In this document: positions 1-9,281 of the stretch, piece after piece | How the letters are laid out: the number at the start of each line of letters is the position of its first letter | How positions within the stretch are numbered: position 1 is the stretch's first letter | From: an uncultured Nitrososphaerales archaeon | GTDB lineage: Archaea > Thermoproteota > Nitrososphaeria > Nitrososphaerales > Gagatemarchaeaceae | Assembly: GCA_963706445.1 (NCBI GenBank) | Contig: OY970160.1 | Location: 512,001-576,000, forward strand | Direction of reading: 5' to 3' | Length of the DNA: 64,000 nucleotides | The notes under the pieces: generated by a model | The model's input: the letters and a program-made list of their open reading frames with translations, nothing else | Databases searched by the model: none | Told to the model about the DNA's origin: nothing | Made by a program: the position numbers and the translations under genes

Positions 1-78
1 CGCGTCGCCCGTCGGAGACTTCAAAAGACTTTCGAGCCTTCCATACTTTGAAATACGCAACCCGGACGCGCGACAAGC

Positions 79-474
79 ATGGTCTCGCTAGCGAGGTCGA
101 TTCAGGGCGTAATACTCTTCTCAACAGTGCTTGGCGTCTTCTTCCTGTGGCAGGCCTATCCGCTGCTGCCGACAGACGTCTTCTACTTCATCGCGTTTGG
201 GTGGGTGCTCTTCCTCGTCGACAGTGTCCTCACTTTCGTCAAGCCTCGGGTATCGTACTACTTCGGGATGGCCCTTGGAGTCATCGCCCTGGGTGAAACG
301 CTCTCGCAGCCTGAGCACTACCAGCTCGTCGCAAACGGGAACGTCCCTGCGACCATCATCCTGGTCCTCGGCTCGACCGCGGAAGCGCTGCTAATCGTGC
401 TGGTCGCCATCTATATCATGGCGGAGAGGCGGAAGGACCCCTGGGCTTGGCCTGGTGCAAAGTCTCCAGCCTGA
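79..474 (+). CDS. Hypothetical membrane protein (about 4 TM helices)
   Basis: 131 aa ORF with four hydrophobic stretches. Confidence 0.6.
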   Translation: MVSLARSIQGVILFSTVLGVFFLWQAYPLLPTDVFYFIAFGWVLFLVDSVLTFVKPRVSYYFGMALGVIALGETLSQPEHYQLVANGNVPATIILVLGSTAEALLIVLVAIYIMAERRKDPWAWPGAKSPA

Positions 475-671
475 CAGCGGCCGTTGGTAGAGCTCTCAAG
501 GACTCAAGCTTCCCGTCGACCCGCACCAGATTGCTGAAGGCTACGGCAAGGAGGAACGTCGAAGGCTGGGAGCTGAACTATTTCCTTTCGGAGGCGCTCA
601 TGCGGACGAGATACGCCGACCTGAAGTCAGTGATCGACGACCTAGACGAGTGGCTAGAGGCTCAGGGCTAA
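447..671 (+). CDS. Small DUF2795-like protein
   Basis: LKDSSFPSTRTRLL...RYADLKSV resembles the DUF2795 pattern; start codon uncertain. Confidence 0.45.
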   Translation: MAWCKVSSLTAAVGRALKDSSFPSTRTRLLKATARRNVEGWELNYFLSEALMRTRYADLKSVIDDLDEWLEAQG

Positions 672-2989
672 AGGTAGCCCCAGCTCAGGAGCTTGTCGCT
701 GTCGTGGGTCCACCGCTGGCCGATGTCGTTCCGATAGAACATGTTGGGTATCATCACGTTCGTCACGTTCTGATACGCCTTCTCTATGGCATCTGCCATG
801 GTGGCCCCGGAGCCTGTGACGACTAGCGCGTAGCCAGAGTTCCCTGCAATGTGCCAGTCCCCCTCCTCAAGCTTGACCTCTCCTATGTGAATGCCGTCTA
901 GGCTCTGGCGCCTGAAAAGTATTGTCGCCCCCTCGGAGTATTTCTTGAACGCCTTCTCGTCCTCGAAGGGCCAGGGAGGTATGGCTACCACGACCCCTAT
1001 CTGGTAGCCCTTCTTCGTCTTGAGCTGGGTCTCGTTACCGCGGGCGATGTCGTTGAGAAATGGGCCCCATTCGCTCGTGATGCCCTCCATCTGGATACTT
1101 ATCGTAGGAAAACCGAAACGCGAGGTCCATTCAAGCGGCCATATGCCCTTGCTGTTGACTATGCAGTTGATATCGATGTATCCGACGTATTTGCTTGCGG
1201 CGAGCTTCTCCTTGGTCTTCAGCAAAGTCCTCTCAAACACCGGACTGTCCTTCGTGTAGTACATGCCTGTGTTACCACACCAGACCGGTTTTCCGTTTCG
1301 TCTAACATACATCACGTGGTTCTTCACAGTTGCACAATAGACCTTACCGTTGTAATCAACGACACTTGAATCTCTTCTATCCAACCACGAATTGAGTCTC
1401 TGCACTCGTTCGTGGACTTCATACTGCGTGTTGGAACCGTCTGCGAAATGGTCAACGATCCACAGCCTTCCCCTCCCCTTCCTCGCTTTTACTATCCCAA
1501 GTCGTCCTGCCTTCAAGAGGAGCTCTTGGATATCGTCCCCTAGGCGTCGGGATGATGTGTAGAATATCCGGAACCCCTTTCGCATCAAAGTAGCGTCACC
1601 CTTTGAGAACCAGTCCAAAAAAATCCGAACTTGCCTTGAAGACAGCCCCTTGACGAAATCTGGGACGTATTTCTGCGGTGCCTCCCCGAACCGCCTGAGG
1701 TAGGTGCAGAGTTGCTTGTCATAACAGTAGAAACCAGCTTCGTTCGTGGTGAACTTGAAAGGAAGGCTGTCTACGATGACTTGGATTTGCTTTCGAAGGG
1801 CAGGTTTGGTCTGCGATATCTTCACTTGGTAGTTCGGACCGTCTTGGGTTGCAGCCCCGTCAGAGAGCCAAACACCGAAGAAAGCAAGCCACCTGTCCAT
1901 GGGTACAGATATCTCACCAGATTCATGGAAGACCACTTGACGACCACTCACATGTCCAATCTGAACCGAAGGTAGAACAAAGGATACAACTTCATCCCCC
2001 GCCCAATTGCCGGTTCGCTTGACTACGCTCTGCGATTGAAGATCCTTTGCCTTGACGAACTCGAACTTGTTCCTGCGCTTCCGAGCATTCTGCTGCGTTT
2101 CTACGTACATGTTATGATCTAAGGTCACCATAAGGTCTATCGTGCGGTTGCGAATTGAAATCAGTTTATTGTGATGAGTGAATGCCACAAGGGCCTCAGG
2201 CTTCTGATATTCTATTCCGTGATTGTTCGGATTGAGGGTGCATATCTCATCTTGGTAGGTGACATCAGAGAACAATTTCCAGCCTGCCTTCGTCAGCACC
2301 TCTGTTTCATCGTCATAGCACCCCATTTCTCCGGTGCTTGGGCCTAGTTCATCGGGGAAGAGTCTCTTGTGCTCGAAGTTGACGCACACCGGCATCACGA
2401 AGTCCTTTCCGTTGAAGAAAGCCCCAACCGCAATCTCCACGCCGTCGGCGAACTTCTGCATCTGGAACTCTTTGATCTTCTTGGACCAGTTCGTCTTGTA
2501 GTGCTCCAGGACCTGCAGGATGTCCTTGCCGTCCGCCTCCTGACCGATGAAAAGGAGCTCCTTCTCGTTCTGGGCCTTTCCGCTCGGTTTGAGTACGTAC
2601 CTGTCGGGGTTCTTGGTCACAAATTCAATCGCTTCATCGAATGAAGTGAAGTTCCAGCTTGGAAGGATGTCGACACCAACCGAATTGAGCTCCGACTGCC
2701 CGAACTCCCTGTCAAGCTCGAGCTTGTCAGTGTATGGGCTCCCTCCAACCACGAACTTTCCTTCATTCCTGAGCTGGTCCGCCTTGGTCCCAAAGCCGAT
2801 GTCGTCGAAGATTATGATATCAGCCCAGTCCTTTAGCGAATCCCATTCCTCGACTTTCTCGAAGAAGCCGAGCCCGACGTCCTTCTCGCCCTGGCCGTGG
2901 CAGTACATCTTGACCTCCTGTCCTTCTTTCTTCAGCTGCCATGCCAAATCTGCAGAAAGACTTTCGTTGGTGACGAAAAGAAATTTCAT
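668..2989 (-). CDS. purD: Phosphoribosylamine-glycine ligase (archaeal PurD-like ATP-grasp) interrupted by an intein
   Basis: LELDREFG, YVLKPSG, FEHKRLF..GPSTGEMG, LEWTSRFGFP, YRNDIG motifs; about 423 aa after removing a 350 aa insert. Confidence 0.85.
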   Translation of the reverse strand: MKFLFVTNESLSADLAWQLKKEGQEVKMYCHGQGEKDVGLGFFEKVEEWDSLKDWADIIIFDDIGFGTKADQLRNEGKFVVGGSPYTDKLELDREFGQSELNSVGVDILPSWNFTSFDEAIEFVTKNPDRYVLKPSGKAQNEKELLFIGQEADGKDILQVLEHYKTNWSKKIKEFQMQKFADGVEIAVGAFFNGKDFVMPVCVNFEHKRLFPDELGPSTGEMGCYDDETEVLTKAGWKLFSDVTYQDEICTLNPNNHGIEYQKPEALVAFTHHNKLISIRNRTIDLMVTLDHNMYVETQQNARKRRNKFEFVKAKDLQSQSVVKRTGNWAGDEVVSFVLPSVQIGHVSGRQVVFHESGEISVPMDRWLAFFGVWLSDGAATQDGPNYQVKISQTKPALRKQIQVIVDSLPFKFTTNEAGFYCYDKQLCTYLRRFGEAPQKYVPDFVKGLSSRQVRIFLDWFSKGDATLMRKGFRIFYTSSRRLGDDIQELLLKAGRLGIVKARKGRGRLWIVDHFADGSNTQYEVHERVQRLNSWLDRRDSSVVDYNGKVYCATVKNHVMYVRRNGKPVWCGNTGMYYTKDSPVFERTLLKTKEKLAASKYVGYIDINCIVNSKGIWPLEWTSRFGFPTISIQMEGITSEWGPFLNDIARGNETQLKTKKGYQIGVVVAIPPWPFEDEKAFKKYSEGATILFRRQSLDGIHIGEVKLEEGDWHIAGNSGYALVVTGSGATMADAIEKAYQNVTNVMIPNMFYRNDIGQRWTHDSDKLLSWGYL
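1271..2320 (-). mobile_element. Intein with LAGLIDADG homing endonuclease in PurD (350 aa)
   Basis: Starts CYDDETEVLT, block B VTLDHNMYV, endonuclease blocks FFGVWLSDG and FLDWFSKGDA, ends VYCATVKNH...VWCGN followed by Thr; visibly more AT-rich than the exteins. Confidence 0.92.
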
Positions 2990-3073
2990 CCGTCATCAAT
3001 CAACGATTGTCCTCGTTAATATCTCTTGACGGAATTACATTTTCTGAAACTGTCTCGACATCTTCCTGGTCGA

Positions 3074-4450
3074 TCAGGTCCCGTGACTGACTATTGCAAA
3101 GTCGAGTGCCTCCCCGAACTTTTCCAAAGTTTTCTGGACATCAATCTCCGAATGGGAAAGGGAAAGGCAGTACCTGTTCTCTGGTTTGAGGTACACGCCC
3201 TCAGAAATCAACGCTAGGTCGATGAACCTCCTGAGCCTTAGGTCAGATTCTCTGACGTCGCGGTAGTTCCTGACTCTCCTTTCAGTCAGGTAGAAGTTGA
3301 ACATCGCCCCCTCTCCCGCCATATCGTGGCGCAGGCCCCTGCTCTTGAGCTCCTTGGAGATTCCACGCTTGAGGGTCTGTGTCCTGGAAAGGAGCACATC
3401 GAACCTTCTTGGCTTCATTATCTCCTCAACTGTGGCCTTCCCCGCCGCGACTGAGAGGGGGTTGCCGTTGAACGTCCCCGAATGAAAGACCCTCCGACCC
3501 TCAGCCTCCCTCGGGTCAAGCTGGGCCATGATTTCGGTGTCCCCCACTACCGCCCCGATGGGCAGACCTCCACCCATTATCTTCCCAAGGCATGCAAGGT
3601 CGGGGACAATCGAATAGTACTCCGAGGCTCCCCCCGGCCTTACCCTGAAGCCGGTCTTTACTTCGTCAAAAACCAGGGGGATCCGAAAGTCCTTTGTTAG
3701 CGTTCGAAGGTTTTTCATGAAGGAGCGGTCCCCCGCAATGACTCCCTCCTCGAATGGCTCCAGAATGACGCATGCCAGTTCCTTTGAACGGCCCGAGATC
3801 AGCCTCTCCGTCGACTCCCAGTCGTTGAACGGCAAGACGAGAGATTCCCCGAGCATCCCATGATCGACGTCGGCGCTGTCCCCTATCGGGACTGGAGAGG
3901 TCGCCTTCCCTGCCTTGACGACGGACGGGGTGTAGCTGAAAAGTAGTGTGTCGACAGCTCCATGATAGTGGCCTTCGAATTTCGCGACCATCCGTCGGCC
4001 GGTGAAAGCCTTGGCGAGCCTGACCGCGAGAAGGGTCGCCTCCAGGCCTGAATTGGTGAACCTGATAGCCCCTCCGGGGTGGTACATGTCTCGAATTGTC
4101 CTGCCAAACTCGATCTCGGCTCCCGTGGGAGTGCCGGTAACCGTTGTCCCCGTCGAGTCCAGGACTGCCTCGATGGCGGCCCTCACCACTCGAGAACCAT
4201 GCCCAAGGATCAGCGCACCGTAGCTCATCAGGTAGTCGATGTACTCGTTCTTGTCGACGTCCCAGATGTGCGAACCACTTGTGCGCTTCATGAAGACCGG
4301 ATAGGGGTCGAAGTACTTGATTCCTGCCATGACGCCCCCGGGGGTTACTCTTTCCGCAGTCCGGAACATCTTCGCCGAGGTCCGCGTCTTCGCCCTGAAC
4401 CGCTCGATGACGGTTTTTTCATCGATCTGGGACAATTGCGTGTCCTTCAC
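3074..4450 (-). CDS. hemL: Glutamate-1-semialdehyde 2,1-aminomutase-like class III aminotransferase
   Basis: WDVDKNEYIDY, FTNSGLEA, FEGHYHG, FDEVKTGFR, LGKIMGGGLPIGA, SGTFNGNP. Confidence 0.8.
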   Translation of the reverse strand: MKDTQLSQIDEKTVIERFRAKTRTSAKMFRTAERVTPGGVMAGIKYFDPYPVFMKRTSGSHIWDVDKNEYIDYLMSYGALILGHGSRVVRAAIEAVLDSTGTTVTGTPTGAEIEFGRTIRDMYHPGGAIRFTNSGLEATLLAVRLAKAFTGRRMVAKFEGHYHGAVDTLLFSYTPSVVKAGKATSPVPIGDSADVDHGMLGESLVLPFNDWESTERLISGRSKELACVILEPFEEGVIAGDRSFMKNLRTLTKDFRIPLVFDEVKTGFRVRPGGASEYYSIVPDLACLGKIMGGGLPIGAVVGDTEIMAQLDPREAEGRRVFHSGTFNGNPLSVAAGKATVEEIMKPRRFDVLLSRTQTLKRGISKELKSRGLRHDMAGEGAMFNFYLTERRVRNYRDVRESDLRLRRFIDLALISEGVYLKPENRYCLSLSHSEIDVQKTLEKFGEALDFAIVSHGT

Positions 4451-4572
4451 TAAGGTCGAGAACTTAAAGCGTCTTCGGAGTCGAATGCTTGACGGGCCAT
4501 CCCCGGGAGATGCGCGGACCCTCTCGCAAACAGCCCCCTCACTTATTAGGGAAGCTCAATAAAGCGGGCGTT

Positions 4573-5280
4573 GTGTCTGGAAAGCCTCCGATGCAGAGGA
4601 ACAAGGCTGCTGTCCGAGTGGCCGTTATCCTTGTCATCTTCATACTAATTGCCGCCGCCGGAATAGCCATCGGGTACGGTTTCGGCACGACCGTCCAGAT
4701 TTCAGCCCAGGGGACTACGGTGACCACGACAGCCTCGGGCTCGAACTCGTCCGCGCCCTATGTCCTGACCCTTGTGATATCAACCGGCAACTATTACAAC
4801 TCGACATTCGGGGACCAGCCTGCCTACTATGTGCTGGGTCCCAACGGTTTGCAGTCCTCGGCGCAGATCGTCATACCGGCCAACAGACAGATTGAGCTCG
4901 TAATCGTCAACTACGACGATGGCTTGGCCAATCTCACGAGCTCCCAGTTAGCGAACGTGGCGGGGACGGTCAACGACCAGATGACACTCGTAAACAACTC
5001 CCAGATCAATTCCACGATGGCTTCTTCAGGGATACAGCTGCGTGGAGGAGAGACCGTCGGGAGCCTGCCCGTCTCTGAGATCTCGCACACGTTTACAATC
5101 CCGTCTCTTGGCATAAACGTCCCAGTCGGGACCTCTTCGACTGAAGTGGTCTACTTCACAGTCAAGTCCTCAGGCACCTATGCCTGGTTCTGCATGACCG
5201 CTTGCGGGGGAGGGGCCACGGGGTTAGGCGGAGCCATGGCGACCCCCGGGTGGATGGCTGGCTCCCTCGTGGTCCTGTAG
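4573..5280 (+). CDS. Membrane-anchored cupredoxin (CoxII/CuA-like or sulfocyanin-like)
   Basis: N-terminal TM helix, Thr/Ser linker, HTFTIP...GTYAWFCMTAC...M...M...G C-terminus; start is GTG 4573 or ATG 4591. Confidence 0.7.
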   Translation: MSGKPPMQRNKAAVRVAVILVIFILIAAAGIAIGYGFGTTVQISAQGTTVTTTASGSNSSAPYVLTLVISTGNYYNSTFGDQPAYYVLGPNGLQSSAQIVIPANRQIELVIVNYDDGLANLTSSQLANVAGTVNDQMTLVNNSQINSTMASSGIQLRGGETVGSLPVSEISHTFTIPSLGINVPVGTSSTEVVYFTVKSSGTYAWFCMTACGGGATGLGGAMATPGWMAGSLVVL

Positions 5281-5387
5281 ACAAGAGAGTTCAGTCAGAT
5301 GAACTGGCAGGCGATACTGCTGGGGGCTATTCTCACTTTTGAGAACCGTACGAGGCACTTATATCTCGAATTCCGGGAGAAATTAGG

Positions 5388-6698
5388 GTGCCGAGTTTCC
5401 GCCAGGCCCTAACAGGTGGGGCAGTCATCACGATCCTTCTCCTGATGGTCGCGGCGCCGCCAGTGGCAGCTCAGGCCCAGCACGTCCAAGCAACCCCAGG
5501 GTACATCAACCTTGGAATGAGCACGTTCATCCTAGTGACCGCTCCGGCCGCGGGCTCCTACTCGGTCGTAGTTCAACAGCCCAACGGGACGGAATCAACC
5601 CTCAGCTTCAACCCCACGTCATCGGGACAGGTGCTGAACGCCACCTACGGGAACTTGACCGAGGGATTCAAAGCCCTGGTCGACCAGGCTGGAACTTACA
5701 ACGTCTTCCTTGAGCAGGGGAGCCAGGTAGTCTCCTCCACATCATTCTACGCGACCAACCAACTCCGGATATCAATCGAAGTGGTCATTGCCGGGACGTG
5801 CGACTACGTGTCGGGAGTGACGAGAGGGTCAAGGGAAATTTCTCACATCTTCATCGCCTATGCTTCGAATGACGCCCCGTGGAACAACACCGCGAAGGGC
5901 GCATCCGTTTACGGTCTCCTGCCCAGCGGCCAATGGACAGCCGCCACCTGGGACCCTTACTCCGTTGCGTGGCACATTGGGATTTATCCGAATTGGAACT
6001 ACACCTTCGTCGGGCCTTGGAACCCTGTCATCAACGCTAGCGACGCCGCCGGGAACACGGGGACCCTCAAGTACACTGGGAGCCCATTCACCATCAGCCC
6101 CGTCGAACTGGGCACTAGCATAACAGTTGTGAACGCAACCTCGGGTCTGGCGGTCACGAACCTCGTGAACGGTCAGACAGTTACGATCCAGGCCACCATC
6201 GCTTATCCGACCAATGTAGAGCCCGTCAGCGGTTTCGTTGCCCCTCTTAGTCCCACCCGTGGCGGTTCCGTTTCGACTCAGGTTGGGTGGGGTTACTACA
6301 ACACGACCTCGGGGACTTTCGGAGGGACAAAGCTGCCTGGTGCCCTACTCGGGACAGTCCCGATGGCATACTCGGGCAACAGCACCATCGGGGCATGGAC
6401 TGGGCAGTTCGTGTCGAGCTCTCTTCCCAAACTGCAGCCGGGATACGCCTACGAGGTAGTAGTCACGTCCAAGGACGGCGCGTCGCCCGCAAACACAGGG
6501 TTCGGGATGGAAATCCTCTCCCCCGCTTCCTCGACGGTGACCACAATCTCGACCACCGCCACACAAACTGCCACAACTACCGCCACACAAACGTCCACGC
6601 AGACGGTGCAAGCGATTCCTGATGCCGTCTATGCCGCCTTGGCAATTCTGCTGATAGTCGGCGTGCTCATAGGCTATATCGTCAGGGTTCCGAGGTAG
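5388..6698 (+). CDS. Secreted surface protein with Thr-rich linker and C-terminal TM anchor
   Basis: Signal peptide, beta-rich body, many N-x-S/T sequons, TTATQT repeats, C-terminal hydrophobic helix; TATA CTTATAT about 30 nt upstream. Confidence 0.75.
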   Translation: MPSFRQALTGGAVITILLLMVAAPPVAAQAQHVQATPGYINLGMSTFILVTAPAAGSYSVVVQQPNGTESTLSFNPTSSGQVLNATYGNLTEGFKALVDQAGTYNVFLEQGSQVVSSTSFYATNQLRISIEVVIAGTCDYVSGVTRGSREISHIFIAYASNDAPWNNTAKGASVYGLLPSGQWTAATWDPYSVAWHIGIYPNWNYTFVGPWNPVINASDAAGNTGTLKYTGSPFTISPVELGTSITVVNATSGLAVTNLVNGQTVTIQATIAYPTNVEPVSGFVAPLSPTRGGSVSTQVGWGYYNTTSGTFGGTKLPGALLGTVPMAYSGNSTIGAWTGQFVSSSLPKLQPGYAYEVVVTSKDGASPANTGFGMEILSPASSTVTTISTTATQTATTTATQTSTQTVQAIPDAVYAALAILLIVGVLIGYIVRVPR

Positions 6699-6702
6699 TC
6701 CG

Positions 6703-8496
6703 ATGAAGAGTGTCGGCATTGCCATAGCGGCCTCGCTCATCTTAGTTTTCCTCTTGCCGGCTGCGAACACCGCAGTCGCTGCGACCGCCCCTTCCATCAC
6801 CGTATTGCCTCCCAGGGCAGTAGTTGGCAGCAGCCTTTCGGTCAATGGACAAGGATATCCGCCCAACACTAATCTAACTCTGGAGTGGGGTACAACTGAC
6901 GCCAGCTGGATTGTAACCGGGAACCCTCCCAGGGTCACTGGAGTCAACGCGACGCCGATTGAGACCACACTCGGGCACGTAGAGACTGACTCTGCCGGCT
7001 CCTTCTCGTTTGATATGACCGTCCCCAGTGATTACCAAGGCCAACATGTCATCCAGGCTCTTTTTGCCAACGGTACCGTTGTCTCCGCAAGAGGCCTTTT
7101 CATTGTGGAACCGTCCTTCAGCATTTCGCCTTCTGGCGGGCCTGATGGCACTCCAATCACCGTAACCGCGACCGGACTGGGGTACGGGCTCTATGGGACG
7201 TACTTCTTCCTATACTGGGATAACGTCCAGGTCGGCTATTTCAGCGCCCTCACGTCACACGGGTCGACAAGTTTCACATTCTACGCATCAGGGACGCCCG
7301 GAACTCACTACATCGAAATCTATGAAGGGTACCCCGGACCGGGCTACCTGAACCCTTGGAATTCCGCGCCCGGCGTCAGCACGGGGTCTCTCTTCCCTCC
7401 ATACATACCATTCCATGCAGAGTTCAACATGACAGGTAGCCAGTCTTCGACATCAACGTCATTCACAATCCCTGCAGTGGTGGTCCTCGCAGCAGCTCTG
7501 ACTTCCATTGGGCTGTTCCTTTCCGTCGCCAAGACCGAACCCGAGAAACGAGGAAAGCTCGCGAGGATGTTGGCTGCCGTCGTGATCATCATCGCGATTG
7601 TCGCCGCAGGTGCGGGGGCATACCTGGCCCTCGCTCCCTCCTCCAATGGCGCCACGTCCGGTTTCACCCCTAAGGCCACGGTCGTCAGACCCGCAATTAC
7701 GGTGCCCCAGAGCACGGCGACGACGGGGCCAAGGATTTCAGTCTCCCCAGACATAGCCAGCGTCGGCCAGAATATTACCGTGAACGGCGCGGGCTTCGAA
7801 CCAGGTTCACAGGTTCCGCTTTCGTTTTCCGACAGGGTAGGGGACAACATTCTGGGCTTCAAGTTGGTCAACTCGCCCTTGAAGAATGTGACCGCTGGCT
7901 CCGACGGGACGTTCTCCTTCACCATGGATACACCTGTGACCCTCGGAGGCATTCACTACATCTCGGCAGCCAACATGACCCGGAATTCTAACGGGACACT
8001 TTTCGTCCAAAGGACCGCCACCATCAACGCCACTGAGGGCCCCGCTGGGACCACCGTCGCTGTCGTGCTGCAAGGCGTCGGATGGACCTTCAACACGAAC
8101 ATCGCGGCCCTCGACTACGACAACTCGTACATAGGCTACGGCTGCGGGTTCTTCAGCAACGGCAACGTGACCTTCGATCTTACTGTCACGGGGGCCCCTG
8201 GCATACACACCATAGACGTCTACCCTTCAGTGTGGTGGGGCCCATCCACGCAGACAAACCAGTTGTCGATCGAGTACCGATATGCGCTGCTCACCCCACA
8301 AGACCACCCTGAATTGATGCCATCATTCCACTTCACCTTCCTGATTACCGCCTCCGGCCAGCAGTCACAGTCGAGCGGAGCCATCATGCCTTCAGCCTCC
8401 TTCCTGGGTTTGATGGGCGTGACCGTGTGTGGCGTGTTCTTCCCATGCTTCCCCGCTCCAGTCGGTCCGACCCGCGGCGAGGCTCGGAAAAGATAA
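6703..8496 (+). CDS. Membrane/surface protein with internally duplicated Ig-like domains
   Basis: Signal peptide; two similar halves (V.G.G..P...AGS.G.FSF.M..P...G.H.I.A and PG.H.I..Y) separated by a TM hairpin; C-terminal TM. Confidence 0.7.
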   Translation: MKSVGIAIAASLILVFLLPAANTAVAATAPSITVLPPRAVVGSSLSVNGQGYPPNTNLTLEWGTTDASWIVTGNPPRVTGVNATPIETTLGHVETDSAGSFSFDMTVPSDYQGQHVIQALFANGTVVSARGLFIVEPSFSISPSGGPDGTPITVTATGLGYGLYGTYFFLYWDNVQVGYFSALTSHGSTSFTFYASGTPGTHYIEIYEGYPGPGYLNPWNSAPGVSTGSLFPPYIPFHAEFNMTGSQSSTSTSFTIPAVVVLAAALTSIGLFLSVAKTEPEKRGKLARMLAAVVIIIAIVAAGAGAYLALAPSSNGATSGFTPKATVVRPAITVPQSTATTGPRISVSPDIASVGQNITVNGAGFEPGSQVPLSFSDRVGDNILGFKLVNSPLKNVTAGSDGTFSFTMDTPVTLGGIHYISAANMTRNSNGTLFVQRTATINATEGPAGTTVAVVLQGVGWTFNTNIAALDYDNSYIGYGCGFFSNGNVTFDLTVTGAPGIHTIDVYPSVWWGPSTQTNQLSIEYRYALLTPQDHPELMPSFHFTFLITASGQQSQSSGAIMPSASFLGLMGVTVCGVFFPCFPAPVGPTRGEARKR

Positions 8497-9278
8497 TGCC
8501 CCCGAACCCGGATGACAAGCCCGAAGGGTCGGAGCACGGTCCCGCATCCAGCGCGGACGACGGAAAAACTGCTGCGAAGGACAGCGCCTCGCGCAGACGC
8601 TTCATGAAGCTCTCCTTGGCCGCAGGGTTGGTGCTAGCAATAGCAGGAGTCGCCTCCGTCGCCCAGTCGCTCTTCAGCCCGATTTCTCCAGAACCCGGTC
8701 CCCCTCCGCCAAGTACCGAGACCGTCACGTCGACGGTCACCGTGGGGGCGACAGGATCCGCTAGCACAACGAACACGTCAACCTCGTCGACTTCCACGGC
8801 CGCGTCTCCCTTCCCCCGGGTGAAGGTTGCCAACGCGAGTGACCTCGCAGGGGGCCAGACTGTCACCTTCAACTATCCGTTGGACAACACGCCGAACCTC
8901 GTGGCGAAGCTGGGGCAAAAGGCCGCGGGGGGCGTCGGCCCGGACGGTGACATCGTCGCCTTCAGCCAAGTGTGTCAGCACCTAGGTTGCATTTGGGGGT
9001 ACGTCCCCACCAGCGGCTCGCCGAAGTGCGACAGTAGTTACAAGGCGGCGAGTCCGGTCGGCTTCTGCTGCTGCCACGGGAGCGTCTACGACCTGACAGC
9101 CGCCGCCGCAGTCATCGATGGCCCTTCTCCGAGGCCACAACCGCAAGTAATCCTAGAGTATGACAGTTCGACCGGGGACATTTATGCGACGGGGATGGGT
9201 CCGCCCACCATATTCGGCCACAACACGGGGAGCGAAAATGTTCTGGACGACCTGCAGGGCGGCAACGTGGTAAGCTAG
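8496..9278 (+). CDS. Rieske [2Fe-2S] protein with Tat signal
   Basis: SRRRFMK twin-arginine motif plus TM; CQHLGC and CCCHGS boxes; GPSPRP; TAATG overlap with upstream stop. Confidence 0.92.
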   Translation: MPPNPDDKPEGSEHGPASSADDGKTAAKDSASRRRFMKLSLAAGLVLAIAGVASVAQSLFSPISPEPGPPPPSTETVTSTVTVGATGSASTTNTSTSSTSTAASPFPRVKVANASDLAGGQTVTFNYPLDNTPNLVAKLGQKAAGGVGPDGDIVAFSQVCQHLGCIWGYVPTSGSPKCDSSYKAASPVGFCCCHGSVYDLTAAAAVIDGPSPRPQPQVILEYDSSTGDIYATGMGPPTIFGHNTGSENVLDDLQGGNVVS

Positions 9279-9281
9279 AAG

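Noticed and set aside
5288-5345. Two 6-bp palindromes upstream of the surface-protein gene
   Set aside because: Different sequences, not repeated elsewhere; could be chance
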